This document shows, in pieces, positions 60,001-64,000 of a stretch of 64,000 nt of DNA (its first letter is position 1; each line of letters starts with the position of its first letter). Source of the stretch: Antedon mediterranea (taxonomy: Eukaryota > Animalia > Echinodermata); NCBI RefSeq assembly GCF_964355755.1, contig NC_092675.1:2599812-2663811 (forward strand), in the 5' to 3' direction. The translations under genes and the position numbers were made by a program. The notes beneath the pieces were generated by a model. It made no database searches. It was given only the letters and a program-made list of their open reading frames with translations, and was not told where the DNA came from.

Positions 60001-62269
60001 AAAATTGACGTTTATGTTTGTGGTCATGACAATAAAGAAATTGTCTTGATTTGATTTTTATTTATTAGTATGAATTTTAATAGAACATTAATATTTAATA
60101 ATTAATTTGGGTTTTTTTTCTACTGCACATTTTTTAAGAATTAGGAAACCAAAATTCATGTTTGTTTATGTTTGTGGTCATGACAATAAAGAAATTATCT
60201 TATCTTGATTTTATTTGTATTAGTATGAATTTAAATAAACATTAATATATTGATTATAGTTTTTATTGTAGAATTATTTTCTAATAATCATTATTATCAT
60301 TATTATTATTATTATTATTATTACATTATATTCTATTTTAAATTACTTGTCATTTTGACCACTTAATACTGTATAGTACTTACCTACTCTTGTTTGTTTT
60401 CACCATTTTATTGGAAATGGCTGACTCCAACAACCTTATTAATAATTCACTGCTGCGTTTTCCATGCTTTCTAAATGCACACAGCAAATTCCCAGCTGTA
60501 AATAACAATATAAATACTAGACTGAAAAAGACCATTAACCACCAAGTCAATGAAAGCACACTGAGTGAAGTACTTGGCAAAATATTGCCACAGAGGGCGC
60601 ATGTTGATATTTCAGCCCATGTTAAAAGAATATAAATTTGTCTTTTTTTTATTTGTGAAGTTATTAATGAACCAATTTCAATAGGCATGTCCTGTAAGTA
60701 TATACCTATGTACACCGGAATGAACTTGAGAATTGTAGGTGCTATCGAGCTAACAAACAAACAAAGAACTATAATTCAACATCTTAACATCTGAACAGAT
60801 ATCTGTTGTGCAGTCATATCTGTTCACATGTTGATAGATATAAGTGGTAAACATGCCAGGGAATGCTACTTTCATACATTCAGTCAGTGTTTTCCAGTCT
60901 GAAATGCATTCATCCTGCCGATGTTCTATAGTTAAAGTAGAATTTCTCCTCGACCTGCACAAGTGGAAAAATGGCAGATGTTGGATGAAACAATATAATA
61001 TAATAATGTTAATGTTGTTCGATTTATAAAGCGCTTATACATTCAAACAATTGTCCCAAAGCGCTGAGAGAAAAAACAGAAAGAAATTACTAAGAAAAAA
61101 GATGGATTTTTAAGAGTGTTTGTGTGTCTATGTATTTAGACCTAAGCAATATCATTTCAGATAAAAATCTATTTCTATGTGTTTTACAATCACATGATTT
61201 TCACTTTGGGATCATGGCGGTTGGCGCTGGATCATTTTGGAGTGAGTTTACACTGATTTACCACATGAATGCATTTGTCTTGTGTTCTTTTGATTTAGGA
61301 AAAGTTGTGAAATCATTTTTTACAAGTTCTAATGAAAGCAGCATTAGTATGTATCCAATGTCCTGTATTGAACTTTTTTTTTTTTTTTCGGTTAACAACA
61401 TCCTGAATATTTTTTTCCAACAAATCTTAACCAATAGTTTCAGGAAGTTGTCTGCAATGGTAAGAACCAAATCCTGACAGGATTTGAACCAGGATTTTAA
61501 ATAGGAAAGTAAAATAGCACCAACATCATTCAATTTCACTATGGAGAAGTATATTATTGTTCAACTGATTTTGATAAAACATTTACAAAATAACACTGAA
61601 AAACTTGAAAAGTTATTTCAAGAATTTCTTTTAAAATATCTGGACTTTCCAAAGTTATATGCAATTTAATTTTGCAAGTGCGAGGTTGTGTTTTTGAAGA
61701 TTGTTCACTTCACTTTCTGACATGATGATGAAATAAATATTAATATTTACCAATTTTCTTTTCAGCATTTAATAGCCACTCTTGCCAATGCTGTTTATCT
61801 TGCTTTCTCCATTCTTCTTCTTTTTGCTGGAAGTTGTAGATTGTGTTTCCTGTCTGTAAGTCCACCCTAAGCCTGGTACTATCCCTGCCCAACATCTCAA
61901 TGAAGGCAACACAAGCACTGGCAATGCCTTGGTTAGCAAAATGTTTCAGTGCTATAAGGCATGCTTTTGCCTGAGCCTGGCTTATCCTAAAGGAATATCA
62001 AAAAGCATTTATTCCATGATAAGAATGTCTATTTAATTTTCTTTGAGTTTATACCGAGTTCATTCTAAATATGTCTATATAATTTGATATTTTATAGACT
62101 TACCTTTTCTTACTAGTACCCCCAAGCTCAATCTGATGTTCCACAAACGAAGTAAAAGCAAAACTTGGACGGCCTTGCTTCAAGTAATATGTAAAATCAA
62201 GATCTTCTTTGTGTCCATACTTTGATACCAGATCAGAATCTGAGAATTGTGGCATTTTATATCTTTGAT
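42099..62269 (-). CDS. SPG11: Spatacsin, 3' part (26 exons visible; gene continues past the right edge). Exons: 62269-62104, 61986-61751, 60495-60384, 59174-59015, 58436-58226, 57961-57869, 57347-57205, 56965-56765, 56456-56349, 55581-55386, 55192-54978, 50903-50766, 50282-50112, 49895-49737, 49210-48955, 48290-48157, 47768-47631, 47510-47444, 47237-47079, 46420-46278, 45722-45618, 44926-44758, 44484-44408, 44129-43980, 43668-43514, 42273-42099
   Basis: Recognisable spatacsin motifs: MPQFSDSDLVSKY...YYLKQGRPSFAF, EWDVAVMFCRFH...YLRDCAKHDEWL, VELIIRAHDCHTICCNMEGI, ALLDYLKRC.P.D.E.Y.MV...F.M.REIG, QARLVALQLH. GT-AG boundaries have consistent phases and the stop TGA is at 42101-42099. Confidence 0.95.
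42471..42790. repeat. Minisatellite, 27-bp unit (15+12 subunits), about 12 copies
   Basis: TAATGCAATAGTACC TTCAATAGTACC repeated in the last SPG11 intron. Confidence 0.95.
43756..43836. repeat. 12-bp tandem repeat (ATGTAATTGGTG)n
   Basis: Direct reading, about 6-7 copies. Confidence 0.9.
45090..45161 (+). tRNA. tRNA-like cloverleaf, anticodon ATC (Asp), within a small (TA)n-flanked element; functional status unknown
   Basis: 72 nt. Acceptor GCCCCAG/TTGGGGC, D arm GTCT/GGAC, anticodon stem TCTGC/GCAGG with loop ATATCAA, T arm CCGAG-TTCGAGT-CTCGG, discriminator G, and TTTTT 3 nt downstream. Confidence 0.65.
48546..48940 (+). mobile_element. tRNA-derived SINE with Deu-domain-like body
   Basis: A-box TGGCCAAGCAG, B-box GGTTCGAGGC, body GGATAAGGACTATAAACCGTAGGTCC...TTAAAGAACC...GAGTAGGGGGTTACCCCGGTGT, and a TAAA-rich tail. 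Confidence 0.75.
49998..50055. repeat. 12-bp tandem repeat (CATTGGGATTAT)n
   Basis: Direct reading, about 5 copies. Confidence 0.9.
50385..50720 (-). mobile_element. Second, diverged copy of the Deu-like SINE
   Basis: Reverse complement aligns with 48546-48940 (GTGAGCCTCGAACC, TTTATAGTCCTTATC, CTCTTCAGTCA). Confidence 0.75.
51342..51512. mobile_element. Harbinger-like MITE related to 25685-25840
   Basis: Shares CATCAATGTTTCGTTTTCAC / GTGAAAACGAAACATTG and the terminal GAACAGGTGTGAAAGACCCT. Confidence 0.75.
51555..54955 (+). mobile_element. 5'-truncated CR1-group (L2/Crack/Daphne-like) LINE, ORF2 = PHD finger + AP endonuclease + RT, frameshifted
   Basis: PHD: CKK...CTEC...YHIKC...WLCQEC. 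APE: HLNARSL, SESWL, YRPP, LGDFN, SCLDHI. RT: YRPISIL, DLQKAFDTV, GVPQGSILGP, YADD, YLGI. The 3' end has AATAAA then (TCAA)n. At least four frame breaks. Confidence 0.95.
55800..56195 (+). mobile_element. Rex1/Babar-like LINE 3' fragment
   Basis: IQRLVNKASRVIG...IMQDPSHPLH...TNRFRFS resembles the Rex1/Babar ORF2 terminus, followed by the tail CAATAAAGTTATCTTGTATCTTGTA. Confidence 0.7.
57590..57796 (+). mobile_element. LINE 3'-end fragment (same family as ~25505-25860)
   Basis: Shared ATAACCTACCAACTGAAATTAAAT...TTTAAGACAGGAC...TTACCTGATT and an (AAAT)n tail. Confidence 0.7.
59980..60248. repeat. Tandem duplication of ~150 bp containing a LINE-like tail
   Basis: TTAGGAAACCAAAATT...GTGGTCATGACAATAAAGAAATT...AGTATGAATTT occurs twice. 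Confidence 0.75.
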
Positions 62270-63591
62270 CTGTAGATAAAATAGATAGATTAATTTTTTT
62301 TTAATTTTTATTTTATTTTATTTATTCAACTTTGTTTTACAAGGGTAGCTCAACAGCTGTAGTATAGCTGACTTGAAGAGTTTTTCTTTTACAAACATAT
62401 AAAGACCACTTGTTGTCTGTATAGTAATGTCTATTCACTGTTGTATATAGCTTTTATATTGACTGGGTTCATGTACATAGTATTCTAGTTGTCTGCATTT
62501 CGTTTTTGAGTTTCTCAATTTCCTATCTATGTATTAGAGCAATAAAGATTCTGTACCACAAAAAAAACAACGTTATAATAAAAAAACTTTTTAATAATTC
62601 TATTATTAGACAGAACTAACAATTGTTACAACAAATTTTATAATTGTAGCACAAACTCTCCCAATACTGGACACCTTTGGACTAGTCTGTAATGGCTGGT
62701 TCTCCTAAAGTTTTGAAACGCAGATGTCTGTATTCATAAATTTGAGACCTTTTACAGAAAAATATTTTTAAAATAGTTTTGAGAGACTTGTCAGTTTTTT
62801 TGTCAGTTTTTTTTATAGTGCAGTAATTCATATTCACATTTATTTTGACAAAGAAGATAACATAATATTAATATATATTTGTTACAATATAAATTGGGAT
62901 AGCTCACTGGCAAGCTCTCAATGTGCTGTACATAAAGTGGAATACATGTTCAACACTGTTCCCCCCTAACATTATGTTTTCTATCCACAGACGAGACATG
63001 TGTTAAAAGTATACCAAGGCTAATAAATGATTAATCAGTTTTTAAAGAAAAACTTTCTTCCCCCTTTTTTCTACTAATGCATTTCAACAATCAATGAATC
63101 AGTAATCTGGGTTAAAGTTTTAACAATGTTACAATTACTTATTGTAGTTGGAATTTGTATTGTCTATAAAGCTAAACCTTCATTTGTTTAACAAACAGCA
63201 AATGTATTGCTAATTATTAAACAGGAAGGCAATAGTAGCAAAAAATACCACAACCAGAAATATGGGAATATTTGTATGTTTTTTTTCCAAGAATCAGCAT
63301 GACATTTTGTTTATTTACCAAAAAAGTAAAACTAAATCTGTAAATAACTCAATAAAAATTGATTGTTTGTTTCTTTCAATTTCTAAAGAGACGATTAATG
63401 TTAAACTTGAACAGAAGTTAATCCATGATCTATTTTGTGATGACCGGGACGCTATATTTGTTTTCGTACATAAGTTGGGGACCCCTAATGAAATGTCACA
63501 AAATATACATAAATATTCATTAGTTACATCCATAAGGTGTGACGTAAGAATTGAGCTAACTAAATTTCGCTAATGCAAACGCTTTCTGTCG

Positions 63592-63675
63592 AGCCATCTG
63601 TGTAGTCGAGTGGATTAGACTATGGACTTTGCATGTCAATGTATGGGGTTCGAATCCATAAGCAACTTCTTTTTA
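63592..63675 (+). mobile_element. Degenerate tRNA-derived SINE head
   Basis: A-box TAGTCGAGTGG and B-box GGTTCGAATCC, but the stems do not pair fully. Confidence 0.5.
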
Positions 63676-63779
63676 CTTTATAGTAAAAGAGAAATTATTT
63701 AGAGGGTTGGGTTTAGTTATATTTAGAAAGTAGTTTGGCTATCTTGAACATAACTTATGTGTGGAAAAAAAAATTGCGA

Positions 63780-63930
63780 CCAGGACACAGGCTGAGTGAC
63801 CTCATATCATTCCAGCTGATTATAAGGATATCTATTTTGTGATGAGCAGGACACAGGCTGAGTGACCTCATGTCATTCCAGCCGATTATAAAGATAATAT
63901 CTATTTTGTAAGAACCAGGACACAGAGTTA
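63780..63930. repeat. Tandem repeat, ~67-70-bp unit
   Basis: CAGGACACAGGCTGAGTGACCTCAT...CTATTTTGT in two full and one partial copy. Confidence 0.8.
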
Positions 63931-64000
63931 ATGATGTCATGAACAATAGGGATTTTTTTATTTTTGTTCACCAGGTATGCAAAATATAAGGTTAACAATA

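Noticed and set aside
61124-61539. Overlapping ORFs on both strands in an SPG11 intron
   Set aside because: No recognisable protein motif, and the flanking SPG11 exons join in phase without them. Only a short L2-like tail near 61000-61110 is evident.
63592-63665. Second tRNA gene (also tRNA-like heads at ~24270 and ~44325-44380)
   Set aside because: A and B boxes are present but acceptor and anticodon stems do not pair, consistent with SINE heads.

Overview
AT-rich, intron-rich animal DNA, not prokaryotic. A marine invertebrate deuterostome such as an echinoderm is inferred from the gene content, a Deu-domain-like SINE and frequent TAGGCCTA. Left to right: the first coding exon of an alpha-arrestin (ARRDC) gene (-); a four-level nest of non-autonomous DNA transposons with readable target-site duplications; a galactose-3-O-sulfotransferase-family gene (-); foldback/MITE-rich intergenic DNA; a complete 8-exon EIF3J gene (+); a tandem array of five KCTD-type (T1-BTB) ORFs with uninterrupted coding sequence plus two fragments (+); and the 3' 26 exons of SPG11/spatacsin (-), whose introns hold a ~3.4 kb PHD-APE-RT LINE, SINEs, MITEs and a tRNA-Asp(ATC)-like cloverleaf. 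The most notable feature is the KCTD array. It sits between the convergent EIF3J and SPG11 genes, which are also neighbours in human, and shows double-BTB proteins, chimeric and converted domains, a hypervariable loop, and one copy with an amyloid/RHIM-like tail. All calls come from manual reading; no searches were run.
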